From the NCBI GenBank assembly GCA_041304605.1, contig JBFYNB010000001.1, positions 9,469-73,468 of the forward strand: a stretch of 64,000 nucleotides of DNA, read 5' to 3'. The notes beneath the pieces are model-generated. The model had not been told where the DNA came from and did not search any database. It saw nothing but the letters and a program-made list of their open reading frames with translations. Positions 34,799 to 44,404 of the stretch are shown in pieces. This DNA is from Methanomassiliicoccales archaeon (GTDB taxonomy: Archaea > Thermoplasmatota > Thermoplasmata > Methanomassiliicoccales > UBA472). Each line of letters opens with the position of its first letter. Within the stretch, counting starts at the first letter, position 1. A program made the position numbers and the translations under genes.

Positions 34799-36202
34799 TC
34801 AGTATCGGACAGTTCTAGGGACCGAAATGACCAGCACAGCGCTTGCCAGAAGGAGCGCCGAGGTCAGGAATATCGCGGCATTCCAACTTCCCGTGGCGTC
34901 CCTGAGCAAGCCGCATATCACCGGGGACAGCAGCGCTCCGAACTCGGCCACCAGGTTCCACATGCCGAAGGACTGCCCCAACTTATCGGGTGGCGACAGA
35001 TCGGCGGTGAGCGTCATGTGGACGGTCTGCATGGCCGCGAAAGCCATCCCGATCAGGAACAGGAGGATGGCCATGGCCGTCAGGTCCTCGGCCCGGATGG
35101 AAGGTACCATCAGGACGACCAGGACGGCGACCGTCGCGCAAAACAGGGCATACAAACGCTTCCGTCCCGTGATGCTAGACATCCGATCGCTGGCAAGTCC
35201 TCCCAACGGATACCCTATCGCGTTGGCCAGACCGAACAGCCCCGCATACACCGCCGCCCCGCTCAGGCCCAGGCCGGAGGACTCGGATACCACCAGCAGG
35301 GCCCAGAAACCGAAGAACCAAAGGGTGAACAGAATGGGGATCGCCGAGATGTACATGAGCAGGAGCGAGCGGTCGCGAAGGACAGCTGCGCTGGAAGAAC
35401 CTATTCTGCGGTAGATCAGGCCCACCAACACCAAGGCCATCGTAAGTATGAACGCCGTCTGCCAGAGCACGCCCAGGCGCAGGGATAGCGAGAGATGGAA
35501 CATCCCCATTATCGCCACCAGAAAGAAGAGCGAGTACGCCAAAAGGCGTGCAAAGGCCCATCGATACGATCCACCCTCTCCGGCCGGGAGCCTGCGATGC
35601 ATGATCAGCCCCACCAAGACCGTCGGCGGACCGAACAGAAGGAAAGGGAAGGACCATGCTGCCTGCCCCATGAATCCTTCGGCCATTTCGATGAGCAGGG
35701 GGGCGGTCACGGTGGCCGCGGTCAAACCAACGGCCAGACCGACGAAGACCACTCCCATCCCCATCCCCACCTTGTCCGGTGGGGTGACCTGGGCCACCAA
35801 TGCCCGGTCGTTCGAGTAGTAGGCTCCCTCCCCCAGGCCGGTCAGCACCCGGGCGGCGACGAAGGCATTGAGCCCCCGGACCATCCCGCTAAGAATGGTG
35901 GCGGTCCCTGCCCAGACCGTGCTTATCACCAGCATGGTACGTCTGCCGTACCGGTCCCCCAGAAACCCCGCCGGGAACTGGGTGAGCATGTAACCGGCGA
36001 AGAACATGGACCCGACAAGACCTCCGACGGCGTGCGGTTCGTAAACGCCTTCGATGAGCGCCAGGTCATTGGCGATCATCCAAGAGATCACCGGGCCGGT
36101 GATCGCCCGGTCCAGGTAGCACATGGTCCAGGCGATGAACAGAATGAACCAGACAGAATGATGGGCCTTCCAACCCTTCTCAGCTGCTTTGGGGCGGACC
36201 AT
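34799..36202 (-). CDS. MFS transporter
   Basis: Track ORF 34799..36250, trimmed to ATG 36202 (GGGAGGAT SD upstream). 12-TM-like pattern. Confidence 0.8.
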   Translation of the reverse strand: MVRPKAAEKGWKAHHSVWFILFIAWTMCYLDRAITGPVISWMIANDLALIEGVYEPHAVGGLVGSMFFAGYMLTQFPAGFLGDRYGRRTMLVISTVWAGTATILSGMVRGLNAFVAARVLTGLGEGAYYSNDRALVAQVTPPDKVGMGMGVVFVGLAVGLTAATVTAPLLIEMAEGFMGQAAWSFPFLLFGPPTVLVGLIMHRRLPAGEGGSYRWAFARLLAYSLFFLVAIMGMFHLSLSLRLGVLWQTAFILTMALVLVGLIYRRIGSSSAAVLRDRSLLLMYISAIPILFTLWFFGFWALLVVSESSGLGLSGAAVYAGLFGLANAIGYPLGGLASDRMSSITGRKRLYALFCATVAVLVVLMVPSIRAEDLTAMAILLFLIGMAFAAMQTVHMTLTADLSPPDKLGQSFGMWNLVAEFGALLSPVICGLLRDATGSWNAAIFLTSALLLASAVLVISVPRTVRY

Positions 36203-36320
36203 GGGAATTATCCTCCCTTTCCTGGTTGCCCGGGCTGGAAAGTGTAACAATGCCCGACCATTTAGAACGGTACGCGGTTAATAACCATTTCGAGGTCCTT
36301 TTCCGCTCCACAACTGGATT

Positions 36321-36338
36321 GAGGTCGTTTTTGACCTC
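36321..36338. promoter_or_regulatory. Perfect inverted repeat GAGGTC-GTTTTT-GACCTC in the MFS/argC divergent region
   Basis: Read from the sequence. It lies about 90 nt upstream of the argC ATG and about 120 nt upstream of the MFS ATG. Function unknown. Confidence 0.3.
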
Positions 36339-36426
36339 TTCAGAATGAAAATGTCCCATTTGGGGCATAATACTTAATAAACAAACTCTTAATTCGGCAA
36401 ACTCCAATATTGGGCGAGGAAACTGA

Positions 36427-37443
36427 ATGATAAAGGCAGCTGTGGTCGGGGGTTCCGGTTACATCGGCGGGGAGCTGGCGCGCCTGCTCAGCCGTCATCC
36501 TAAGATCTCTCTGGAAGCGATAACCTCCAGGCAGTTGGCCGGACAGCAGGTGGCGGACACCCACCCGTTCCTGCGCGGCTACGTCGACCTCAAGTTCAAC
36601 GAGTCCGTCACCGGCCAGGGATTGGACGTCGTGTTCCTGGCCACCCCGCACGGCGCCTCCATGAAGCTGGCGCCGGAGATCGCCCGCAGCGGGGCCAAGG
36701 TGATCGACCTAAGCGGCGACTACCGGCTCAAGGACCCCGCGTCCTACAAGAAATGGTACGGTCACGATCACGCCGACCTGGATAACCTGGGCAAGGCCGT
36801 CTACGGTCTGAACGAGCTATACTGGGACGAGATCGCCGAGGCCGATTTCATCGCAAATCCGGGATGCTATCCCACCTGCTCCACGCTCGGATTGGCACCT
36901 CTGTTCGCCAATCATCTGGTGGCTGGCGGCGTAATAATTGACGCTAAGAGCGGAACGTCCGGGGCGGGCGCAGAGCCGACCAAGGCCAGTCATCATCCCA
37001 ATTGCGGAGCTAGCGTCAACCCTTACAAGGTCGGAACGCATCGTCACACACCGGAGATCGCTCAAACCCTGACCCGAATTCAGGGCAGGCTGGCCGAGGT
37101 GGTCTTCACTCCTCATCTCATACCCGTGGTGCGCGGGATGCTGTGCACCATGTACCTCAAGCTCAACGACGACCTTACCAAACAGGAACTGCTTGGCATG
37201 TACACCGAGTTCTTCCGTAGGAAGCGCTTCGTGCGCATGACAGAGGTGCCGTGGATGCAGGCCGTGATCGGCTCCAACCATTGCGAGGTGGGATTGGAAG
37301 TGGTTGGCGACAGGAACGTGGTGGTCATGAGCGCGATCGACAACCTGGTAAAGGGAGGGGCCGGACAGGCGGTGCAGAACTGCAACGCGATGTTCGGATG
37401 GCCTGAGGAAACGGGATTGGATTTCCCGGGATTGGGGGTTTAA
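36427..37443 (+). CDS. argC: N-acetyl-gamma-glutamyl-phosphate reductase
   Basis: Track ORF, 338 aa. GGSGYIGGEL Rossmann motif and active-site PGCYPT. Confidence 0.95.
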   Translation: MIKAAVVGGSGYIGGELARLLSRHPKISLEAITSRQLAGQQVADTHPFLRGYVDLKFNESVTGQGLDVVFLATPHGASMKLAPEIARSGAKVIDLSGDYRLKDPASYKKWYGHDHADLDNLGKAVYGLNELYWDEIAEADFIANPGCYPTCSTLGLAPLFANHLVAGGVIIDAKSGTSGAGAEPTKASHHPNCGASVNPYKVGTHRHTPEIAQTLTRIQGRLAEVVFTPHLIPVVRGMLCTMYLKLNDDLTKQELLGMYTEFFRRKRFVRMTEVPWMQAVIGSNHCEVGLEVVGDRNVVVMSAIDNLVKGGAGQAVQNCNAMFGWPEETGLDFPGLGV

Positions 37444-37445
37444 AG

Positions 37446-38672
37446 ATGGAAGTTTTTGAGGGGGGCATAACCTCGCCGAAGGGATTCAAGGCGGCCGGGG
37501 TTCATTGCGGCATAAAGAAGGAGAAGCTCGATCTGGCGGTCATCTACTCCGAGGTGCCGGCAAAATGCGCCATAGCCTACACTCAGAACAAGGTGCGGGC
37601 CGCGCCGATCGAGGTCATGATGAAGAAGGACCCCAAGGCGCTGCAGGCCATGGTGATAAACAGCGGCAATGCCAACGCCATAACCGGGGTGCAGGGTGTA
37701 TACGATTCCAAGCAGATGGTGTTCCTCACCGCCCAGACCCTGGGGATCCGCGACACGCTGGTAGGCGTGGCCTCCACCGGGGTCATCTCCCGCTTCCTGC
37801 CCATGGAGAAGATCTCCGCGGGCATCCCCATGGCCGTTCAGGCGCTGGGAAAAGGACCCGAGTCAGACGACATGGCCGCCCGGGCCATAATGACCACCGA
37901 CACCGTGAAGAAGGAGGCCGCCTGCAAGGTCACCCTCAAGGACGGGACCATGGTGACCATAGCCGGTATCACCAAGGGCAGCGGGATGATCTCCCCGGCC
38001 ATGAAGGTGCTGCACGCCACGACGCTGACGTTCATGGTCACCGACGCCCACCTCTCCAAGAACTTCAATCGCCGCTGGCAGGACATGATGGACGTCAGCT
38101 TCAACGTGATAAGCGTGGACGGGGACCAGAGCACCAACGACATATCTATGCTTCTGGCCAACGGAATGGCCGGCGGCAAGCCGGCGGACGACGACCCGGC
38201 CTTCTGGGAAGGCGTGCGGTACGTCGCCCAGCAGCTGGCCAAGAAGATAGTGATAGACGGTGAGGGCGCTACCAAGCTCATCGAGGTCATGGTTCACGGT
38301 GCCAAGAACCCGGTTCAGGCACGCTCTGCCGCCAGGGCCATCATAGCCTCGTCCCTCGTTAAGACCGCCATATTCGGGGCCGATCCCAACTTCGGACGCA
38401 TTCTGGCAGCGTTAGGCAACTCGGACGCCGAGTTCAACCTGGAGAAGGTTAAATTGGTGCTCCGTTCCAACGGCGATTCCGTCACTCTTTTCGAGGACGG
38501 GGCCCCTATGTTGATAGCCGGGAGCGAGGTCGAGGTCGCCGCCAAGCGGGTTCTCTCGCACAAGAAGATAGTCATAGACCTGGACCTGAACAATGGATAC
38601 TCGTCCGGGGAGGCCTGGGGCTGCGACCTCAGTTACGATTACGTCAAGATCAACGCCATGTACACCACGTGA
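37446..38672 (+). CDS. argJ: Bifunctional ornithine acetyltransferase / N-acetylglutamate synthase
   Basis: Track ORF, 408 aa. Autoprocessing-site context LHATTLTFMVTDA. Confidence 0.95.
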   Translation: MEVFEGGITSPKGFKAAGVHCGIKKEKLDLAVIYSEVPAKCAIAYTQNKVRAAPIEVMMKKDPKALQAMVINSGNANAITGVQGVYDSKQMVFLTAQTLGIRDTLVGVASTGVISRFLPMEKISAGIPMAVQALGKGPESDDMAARAIMTTDTVKKEAACKVTLKDGTMVTIAGITKGSGMISPAMKVLHATTLTFMVTDAHLSKNFNRRWQDMMDVSFNVISVDGDQSTNDISMLLANGMAGGKPADDDPAFWEGVRYVAQQLAKKIVIDGEGATKLIEVMVHGAKNPVQARSAARAIIASSLVKTAIFGADPNFGRILAALGNSDAEFNLEKVKLVLRSNGDSVTLFEDGAPMLIAGSEVEVAAKRVLSHKKIVIDLDLNNGYSSGEAWGCDLSYDYVKINAMYTT

Positions 38673-38676
38673 TCAG

Positions 38677-39531
38677 ATGGCACACAACGTAGGGGCTGGC
38701 ACCCCGCGTCAAGCGGGGAAGGTGGTGGTCAAGTTCGGTGGCTCCTCCATCGGAGGGATGGAGCAGATCGATCTTTTCGCCCGGCAGATCGCCGAGCTCA
38801 GGGAGCGCGGTCTGACGCCTGTCGTCCTGCACGGGGGCGGGCCGGAGATCACCGAGGAGATGAAACGGTGCGGGCTGCCGGTCAAGAAGGTCGCCGGGCT
38901 GCGCATAACGGATGACATCACCCTTCAGATAGCCAAGTCCGTTCTCTCGCGCATAAACGACCGCGTCGTCGTGTCGCTGCGCAACGCCGGGATCAAGGCG
39001 ATCGGCGTGGCCGGAAGCGAGGCCGACACCTTGGTGGCCAAGAAGATGGACCCGGTCAGGCTGGACGGTCCGAACGGAACGGAGTCCGTCGATCTCGGTC
39101 ACGTGGGCGAGGTGGTCAAGGTCGACCCCCGTCTGGTGAACGTCCTGTGCGACAATGGATTCGTTCCGGTCGTCTATTCGATTTGCGCGGACGGATCGGG
39201 TATGTTGATGAACGTCAACGCCGACACCGCCGCGGCCGCTCTGGCGGCCGGCATAGGCGCTTCGGACATGGTGCTGGTGACCGAGGTCCCCGGCGTGCTG
39301 CGGGTGTTCGAGGACCTGGGTTCCACGATACCTGAGATAAGGGAATCGGACCTTGCCCCGCTCACCTCCTCCGGCATCCTGAAGGACGGGATGATCCCCA
39401 AGGTCGAGGCGTGTTTCATCGCCCTGCGGGGTGGCGTAAGGACGGCGCATATAATTTGCGGAACGACCCCGAACTCCATCGTGGACCAGTTGTTCAGCGG
39501 CAGGAATCTAGGAACCAGGTTGACCCTGTGA
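38677..39531 (+). CDS. argB: Acetylglutamate kinase
   Basis: Internal ATG of track ORF 38593..39531, located 4 nt after the argJ stop. VVKFGGSS amino-acid-kinase motif. Confidence 0.9.
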   Translation: MAHNVGAGTPRQAGKVVVKFGGSSIGGMEQIDLFARQIAELRERGLTPVVLHGGGPEITEEMKRCGLPVKKVAGLRITDDITLQIAKSVLSRINDRVVVSLRNAGIKAIGVAGSEADTLVAKKMDPVRLDGPNGTESVDLGHVGEVVKVDPRLVNVLCDNGFVPVVYSICADGSGMLMNVNADTAAAALAAGIGASDMVLVTEVPGVLRVFEDLGSTIPEIRESDLAPLTSSGILKDGMIPKVEACFIALRGGVRTAHIICGTTPNSIVDQLFSGRNLGTRLTL

Positions 39532-39541
39532 GGTTTAAGAC

Positions 39542-40723
39542 ATGGACAGCAAACAGGTTGCGGAACTGAGCTCTTACTATCTATTCCAGAACTACGGACG
39601 AGAGGCGATATGCTTCTCCCACGGCCAGGGCGAGCATCTATGGGACCTGGAAGGGAACCGGTATACGGACTACGTGGCCGGCATAGCCGTCAACTGCCTG
39701 GGCCACGCCCATCCCGAGCTGGTCAAGGCCATATCGGAACAGGCCTCCCGGCTCATCCACGTCTCCAATCTCTATCAGATCAAGGAGCAGGCGGACCTCG
39801 GGGAAGCCTTGGCTTCCATCGTCCCCTCTCCGCTCGGTAAGTCCCTCTTCTGCAACAGCGGAGCGGAGGCGAACGAGGCGGCGCTCAAGCTGGCCGTAAA
39901 GCATACAAACCGCGAGAAGGTGATAGCCTGCCGCAATTCCTTCCACGGAAGGACCTCTGCCACGCTATCGGTCACCGGCCAGGAGAAGTACCAGAAGGGG
40001 TTCGAGCCGTTGCTCTCCAAGAACGTGGAGTTCGTCGGCTACAATTCCATCGAGGAGCTGAAGTCCAAGGTGAACGGGAACACCGCCGCGGTGATACTTG
40101 AGCCGGTACAGGGCGAGGGCGGGGTGCTGCCTGCCAGCCAGGAATACTTCCGTACCGCGCGTGACGTGTGCACCGACGCCGGGGCGCTAATGATCGTGGA
40201 CGAGGTGCAGACCGGCATGGGGCGCACCGGCAAGTGGTTCGGCTTCCAGCACTTCGGCGTGGTGCCTGACGTCATCTCCCTGGCCAAGGCGCTGGGCGGA
40301 GGCGTCCCGATCGGCGCCATCATCACCTCGCCGGAAATAGCGAGGACGTTCACCCCCGGCACCCACGGGACGACGTTCGGCGGGAACCCACTGGCCTGCG
40401 CGGCCGCCAACGCTGTTATCCGCACCATGAAGAGGGATAAGCTGGTGGAAAGGGCGGCCGAGCTGGGCGAGCGCTGGAGGTCCGAGCTGAGGGGCATAGC
40501 TTCCGGACATCCCGAGGTGACGGACGTTCGCGGCCTCGGTCTCATGAACGGTGTGGAGATGGGAGACCTGGCCAAGGAGTTCCAGAGGTTCGCTCTGGGC
40601 AAGAAGCTCCTGGTCAACGTCAGCGCCGGCAAGGTCGTGCGCCTGGTTCCCCCGCTGATCATATCGCAGGGATCCGTCCAGATGCTGAACGCCGCCCTGG
40701 CCTCCTATCTGGGAGGGGACTGA
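39542..40723 (+). CDS. argD: Acetylornithine aminotransferase (class III PLP)
   Basis: Track ORF, 393 aa. DEVQTGMGRTGKWF and PLP-Lys context SLAKALGGG. Confidence 0.9.
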   Translation: MDSKQVAELSSYYLFQNYGREAICFSHGQGEHLWDLEGNRYTDYVAGIAVNCLGHAHPELVKAISEQASRLIHVSNLYQIKEQADLGEALASIVPSPLGKSLFCNSGAEANEAALKLAVKHTNREKVIACRNSFHGRTSATLSVTGQEKYQKGFEPLLSKNVEFVGYNSIEELKSKVNGNTAAVILEPVQGEGGVLPASQEYFRTARDVCTDAGALMIVDEVQTGMGRTGKWFGFQHFGVVPDVISLAKALGGGVPIGAIITSPEIARTFTPGTHGTTFGGNPLACAAANAVIRTMKRDKLVERAAELGERWRSELRGIASGHPEVTDVRGLGLMNGVEMGDLAKEFQRFALGKKLLVNVSAGKVVRLVPPLIISQGSVQMLNAALASYLGGD

Positions 40724-40769
40724 CCGTCATCGCGAAAACCTAATCAACCCCGCAGGGCGTTCCATATGC

Positions 40770-41618
40770 ATGGCCCGCTCGAACATGGTCCCCGCCCTCC
40801 TATCGGCGGCATGCCTCGTACTGGTGATCGCCCTGGTCCTTTCCCTGGCATCCAACGGGGCATTGAGGGACGATATGGAGCAGGGGGAGGAGGAGGCATT
40901 CGCCCACACCACCCTGATCAGGGCGCAGGCCTTACTGGCGGATGAGCTGTGGTCGATCTCCAGCGGGGTCCTGAAGGCCAGCGATGACCTCCGGGGGCAG
41001 GACCTGGGCTCCGCGGAGGCCAACGCGGTGTTGGCCGAGTTGACGGTGATCAGCGGCCACATCGTTAACGCAGTCGCCATGAACTCCACTGGCCATATCG
41101 TGAACGCATATCCCGAGAACTATGGTCACGTGATCGGCGAATACGTGGGGGACCATCAGGCCACCGTCGAGATGACCGAGCTCGGTAAGCCCGTGTTCAG
41201 TGACGTGTTCAGCGCGGTGGAGGGCTTCGAGGCCGCGGTCATCGCCTATCCAGTGTTCGACGGGAACGATCGGATCGTCGGCTCGGTCACCGCCCTGTTC
41301 CGCACCGAGCAAATGATGGGCATAATGTTCCAGGGACTGGTCATCGAGAGTTCCGTGGGCATAATGGTCGAGCAGGTGGACGGGCGGATACTGTACGATG
41401 ACGATCCGAGCCAGGTCGGCAAGTACACCTTCGAGGACCCGCTCTATCAGCAGTCCCCATCGCTGCTGGAGCTAGCGGAGCAGGTGTCTGAGCTCTACTC
41501 GGGACAGGGGGAGTACGATTTTAGCACCGATGCGGGCACGGTGCACAAGAAAGCGATTTGGACCTCGGTCACCCTGCATGAGAGGTCCTGGCGGGTGCTG
41601 GTGTACTGGAACGCCTAA
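40770..41618 (+). CDS. Extracytoplasmic Cache/PDC-like sensor-domain protein with an N-terminal anchor and no output domain
   Basis: Track ORF, 282 aa. One N-terminal TM helix, then a Cache-like pattern (VFSDVFSAVEGFEAAVIAYPVF...GIMVEQVDGRILYDDD). Confidence 0.55.
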   Translation: MARSNMVPALLSAACLVLVIALVLSLASNGALRDDMEQGEEEAFAHTTLIRAQALLADELWSISSGVLKASDDLRGQDLGSAEANAVLAELTVISGHIVNAVAMNSTGHIVNAYPENYGHVIGEYVGDHQATVEMTELGKPVFSDVFSAVEGFEAAVIAYPVFDGNDRIVGSVTALFRTEQMMGIMFQGLVIESSVGIMVEQVDGRILYDDDPSQVGKYTFEDPLYQQSPSLLELAEQVSELYSGQGEYDFSTDAGTVHKKAIWTSVTLHERSWRVLVYWNA

Positions 41619-41700
41619 AGATATCGGCGGACCTTCCTTCGGGGATATTTAAAATGTCCAATATGGAACATTGAAATAGGCAAAAACCAGTACGGGGGCG

Positions 41701-42387
41701 ATGAAGGAGGCCCCTCGAAAGGAGAGCGTGGCCGAGAGGACCCGGGCTTACATAGACGCTCATCCCTCGGTCAAGGACTGCATGGCCAAGGACCTGGTCA
41801 ACTATTCCTCACTGGCCAGACTGATAATGAAGGACCTGGGCATCAAGAACGAGGAGGCGGTCATGATCGCCTGCCGCCGCTATGCCCAGAAGCTCTCCAA
41901 AAGAGATCACGAGGGGGATATCCTGGCAATTCTAGCGGACAGCCGCCTGGAAGTGAAGACGAAGATATGCATCGTCACTGCCAGCAACGATTGGACCGTG
42001 CTGCAGCGTCTGGAACGCCTGTTCACCAAGCTCATCAACCAGAAGGCGCTCATGCAGGTCATACAGGGCGCTCAGGCCATCACCATCATCGCCGACGAGA
42101 AGCTGCGGAACGAGGTCATCAACGACGTCGGAGAGACGAACGTCCTCAAAGTGCGCGAGGACCTGGTCGAGATCACCGTCAAAAGCCCCCAGAAGATCGG
42201 GGAGACCAGCGGCGTATTCTCGTACCTAGCCTCGAACCTCTCGGAGCAGGGGGTGAACATGGTGGAGACCGTATCGTGCTATACCGATACCATATTCATC
42301 GTGCACGAGAAGGACATGATACAGGCGTATTCTCTGCTGTCGAACCTGCTGGAGAGCGCGGAGAAGGCCACCGAAGCGGCGCATTAG
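41701..42387 (+). CDS. ACT-domain-containing protein (predicted amino-acid-binding regulator)
   Basis: Track ORF, 228 aa. N-terminal HTH-like part and two ACT-like repeats (LVEITVKSPQKIGETSGVFSYLASNLSEQGVNMVE). Confidence 0.55.
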   Translation: MKEAPRKESVAERTRAYIDAHPSVKDCMAKDLVNYSSLARLIMKDLGIKNEEAVMIACRRYAQKLSKRDHEGDILAILADSRLEVKTKICIVTASNDWTVLQRLERLFTKLINQKALMQVIQGAQAITIIADEKLRNEVINDVGETNVLKVREDLVEITVKSPQKIGETSGVFSYLASNLSEQGVNMVETVSCYTDTIFIVHEKDMIQAYSLLSNLLESAEKATEAAH

Positions 42388-42408
42388 CGCCACAAAGCCA
42401 TTTATGCG

Positions 42409-43782
42409 GTGAAGCCATATCAAGAACTGATGAAAGGCGATTCTGAAGGGAAGGTGCCCCTGGTCCGGACGGACATTCCAGGCCCGTCGGGAAGGGGCAT
42501 AGTGGATCTGGACGACAGGTATCTGGCCACGGTCACCAAATCGGCTCCGCTGGTCGTGGACCGCGCCCTGGGCGAGAGGGTCTGGGACGTGGACGGGAAC
42601 CTGTTCCTGGACTTTTCGAGCGGCGTCGCCGTTCTCAACATCGGGCATTGCCATCCCTCGGTGGTCAAGGCAGTGCAGGAGCAAGCGGCCAAGGTCATGC
42701 ACTTCGCCGGCACCGATTACTATTACGACGTTCAATCTCGTCTAGCTGAGCGATTGGCGAAGATCGCCCCCGGGCGCGGGGAGAAGAAGGTCTTCCTCAG
42801 CAACAGCGGGGCGGAGAGCATCGAGGCGGCCATGAAGCTGGCCAGATGGTCCACCGGGCGCAAGCAGTTCATCGCCTTCTTCGGAGCCTTCCACGGAAGG
42901 ACGATGGGGGCGCTCTCCCTGAACTGCAGCAAGCGGGTGCACCGCGCCAAGTACTTCCCGACCGTTCCGGGCGTTACGCACATCCCGTTCGCCAACTGCT
43001 ATCGCTGCCCGTACCATCAGGAATACCCATCCTGCGGGCTTTGGTGCGCCAAGATACTCGACGAATTGTATCTGGACGCCCTGCTTCCGCCGGACGAGGT
43101 GGCCGCTCTGTTCTTCGAGCCGGTGCAGGGAGAGGGAGGTTACATCGTCCCCCCGAAGGAGTTCCTGCCTGAGATATCCCGGATATGCAGATCGCACGGC
43201 ATTCTGACGGTCGACGATGAGGTGCAGGCGGGAATGGGCCGCACCGGAAAGATGTGGGCCGCGGAGCATTTCGGCCTGGAGCCGGACGTGACCTGCATGG
43301 CCAAATCCCTGGGATCGGGTATGCCTATCGCCGCCACCGTTTTCCGAAAGGAGCTGGACTGGGGCGTCCCCGGGGCGCATTCCAACACCTTCGGCGGGAA
43401 CTGCGTGGCCTGCGCCAGTTCGCTGGCGACCCTGGACGTGATCGAGAAAGAGAAGGTGGTTCAGCAGGCGGAGCGAAAGGGCGTTCTAATGCAGAAGCGC
43501 CTGGATGAGATCAAGGAACGCTTCGAGAACGTGGGCGACGTGCGTGGACTGGGTATGATGCGGGCGTTGGAGTTCGTGGAGGACCGGAAAACAAAGGTGC
43601 CGGCCGTGAAGATGAGGAACGAGGTCGTGTCCGCGTTGCTGAAGAACGGCGTGATCGCTTTGGGCTGCGGAAAGTCCAGCATACGCCTGATACCCCCGCT
43701 TACCATAGACGATAAGAACCTGGACACCGGAATGCGCCTGCTCGAGGAGAGCATAGCCTCAGTGGAGAGGGACAGGAAATGA
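42409..43782 (+). CDS. Class III aminotransferase (GabT / omega-aminotransferase-like)
   Basis: Track ORF, 457 aa, GTG start. DEVQAGMGRTGKMW and PLP-Lys context CMAKSLGSG. Confidence 0.8.
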   Translation: MKPYQELMKGDSEGKVPLVRTDIPGPSGRGIVDLDDRYLATVTKSAPLVVDRALGERVWDVDGNLFLDFSSGVAVLNIGHCHPSVVKAVQEQAAKVMHFAGTDYYYDVQSRLAERLAKIAPGRGEKKVFLSNSGAESIEAAMKLARWSTGRKQFIAFFGAFHGRTMGALSLNCSKRVHRAKYFPTVPGVTHIPFANCYRCPYHQEYPSCGLWCAKILDELYLDALLPPDEVAALFFEPVQGEGGYIVPPKEFLPEISRICRSHGILTVDDEVQAGMGRTGKMWAAEHFGLEPDVTCMAKSLGSGMPIAATVFRKELDWGVPGAHSNTFGGNCVACASSLATLDVIEKEKVVQQAERKGVLMQKRLDEIKERFENVGDVRGLGMMRALEFVEDRKTKVPAVKMRNEVVSALLKNGVIALGCGKSSIRLIPPLTIDDKNLDTGMRLLEESIASVERDRK

Positions 43783-44135
43783 AACATCTTCCCAGGACCA
43801 ACTACAAGGAGGTCTCCGGGGACGGTTACCTGAAGAGGATAGTCCTGGAGGCGAAGGATATTGGATTAAAGGACACCCTGCTGCAGGAGGTGCAGTTCAC
43901 CGCCGGCGAGAAGGTGGCCTTCCACTTCCACCAGGTCACCAGGGAGATATTCTATTGTCTGGTAGGGCCGGCGCCGTTCGTCATGAACGGGCAGCAGGTG
44001 ATAATGAACGAGGGCGACTGCCTCATCTGCGAGCCGGGCGACGTGCACGGCAACCCGGTCATCGGCAACGACTTCCGCATACTGGTGCTCAAGGTCGGCT
44101 TCAAGGAGCACGACACGGTCTGGTTGGACGGTTGA
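43779..44135 (+). CDS. Cupin-domain protein
   Basis: Track ORF, 118 aa. ATGA overlap with the aminotransferase. Cupin motifs HFHQVTREIFYCLVG and PGDVHG. Confidence 0.7.
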   Translation: MKHLPRTNYKEVSGDGYLKRIVLEAKDIGLKDTLLQEVQFTAGEKVAFHFHQVTREIFYCLVGPAPFVMNGQQVIMNEGDCLICEPGDVHGNPVIGNDFRILVLKVGFKEHDTVWLDG

Positions 44136-44166
44136 TAAAAAACATGCACCCGTCGATCGGGGACGA

Positions 44167-44242
44167 TGGAGCCACTAGGGAGATTTGAACTCCCGGCCTG
44201 CTGATTACAAGTCAGCCGCTCTACCAGCTGAGCTATAGTGGC
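44167..44242 (-). tRNA. tRNA-Thr (anticodon UGU), CCA encoded
   Basis: Reverse complement GCCACTATAGCTCAGCTGGTAGAGCGGCTGACTTGTAATCAGCAGGCCGGGAGTTCAAATCTCCCTAGTGGCTCCA folds as a cloverleaf. 7-bp acceptor stem. Anticodon arm GCTGA/CTTGTAA/TCAGC. T arm GGGAG/TTCAAAT/CTCCC. Confidence 0.9.
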
Positions 44243-44404
44243 CTAACATCTGGAACGGTGTTCTGGATTTAACCGTTTTTATGAATGGCCTTTTATCCAT
44301 CGGCCAATAGATCGTAAATAATCGTTAAATAAGCCTGCGGCATCTGCCAGCAAGGTGCGCCCTTGGACGCCAATCTCAACGACAAGCCGGAAAAAAGAGT
44401 TCTG

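Noticed and set aside
42409-44135. Reading the aminotransferase-cupin pair as ectB-ectC (ectoine synthesis)
   Set aside because: The cupin lacks the EctC-type sequence pattern as I remember it. No EctA-type acetyltransferase is adjacent, and the preceding gene is an ACT-domain protein. The call is kept as a generic class III aminotransferase plus cupin.
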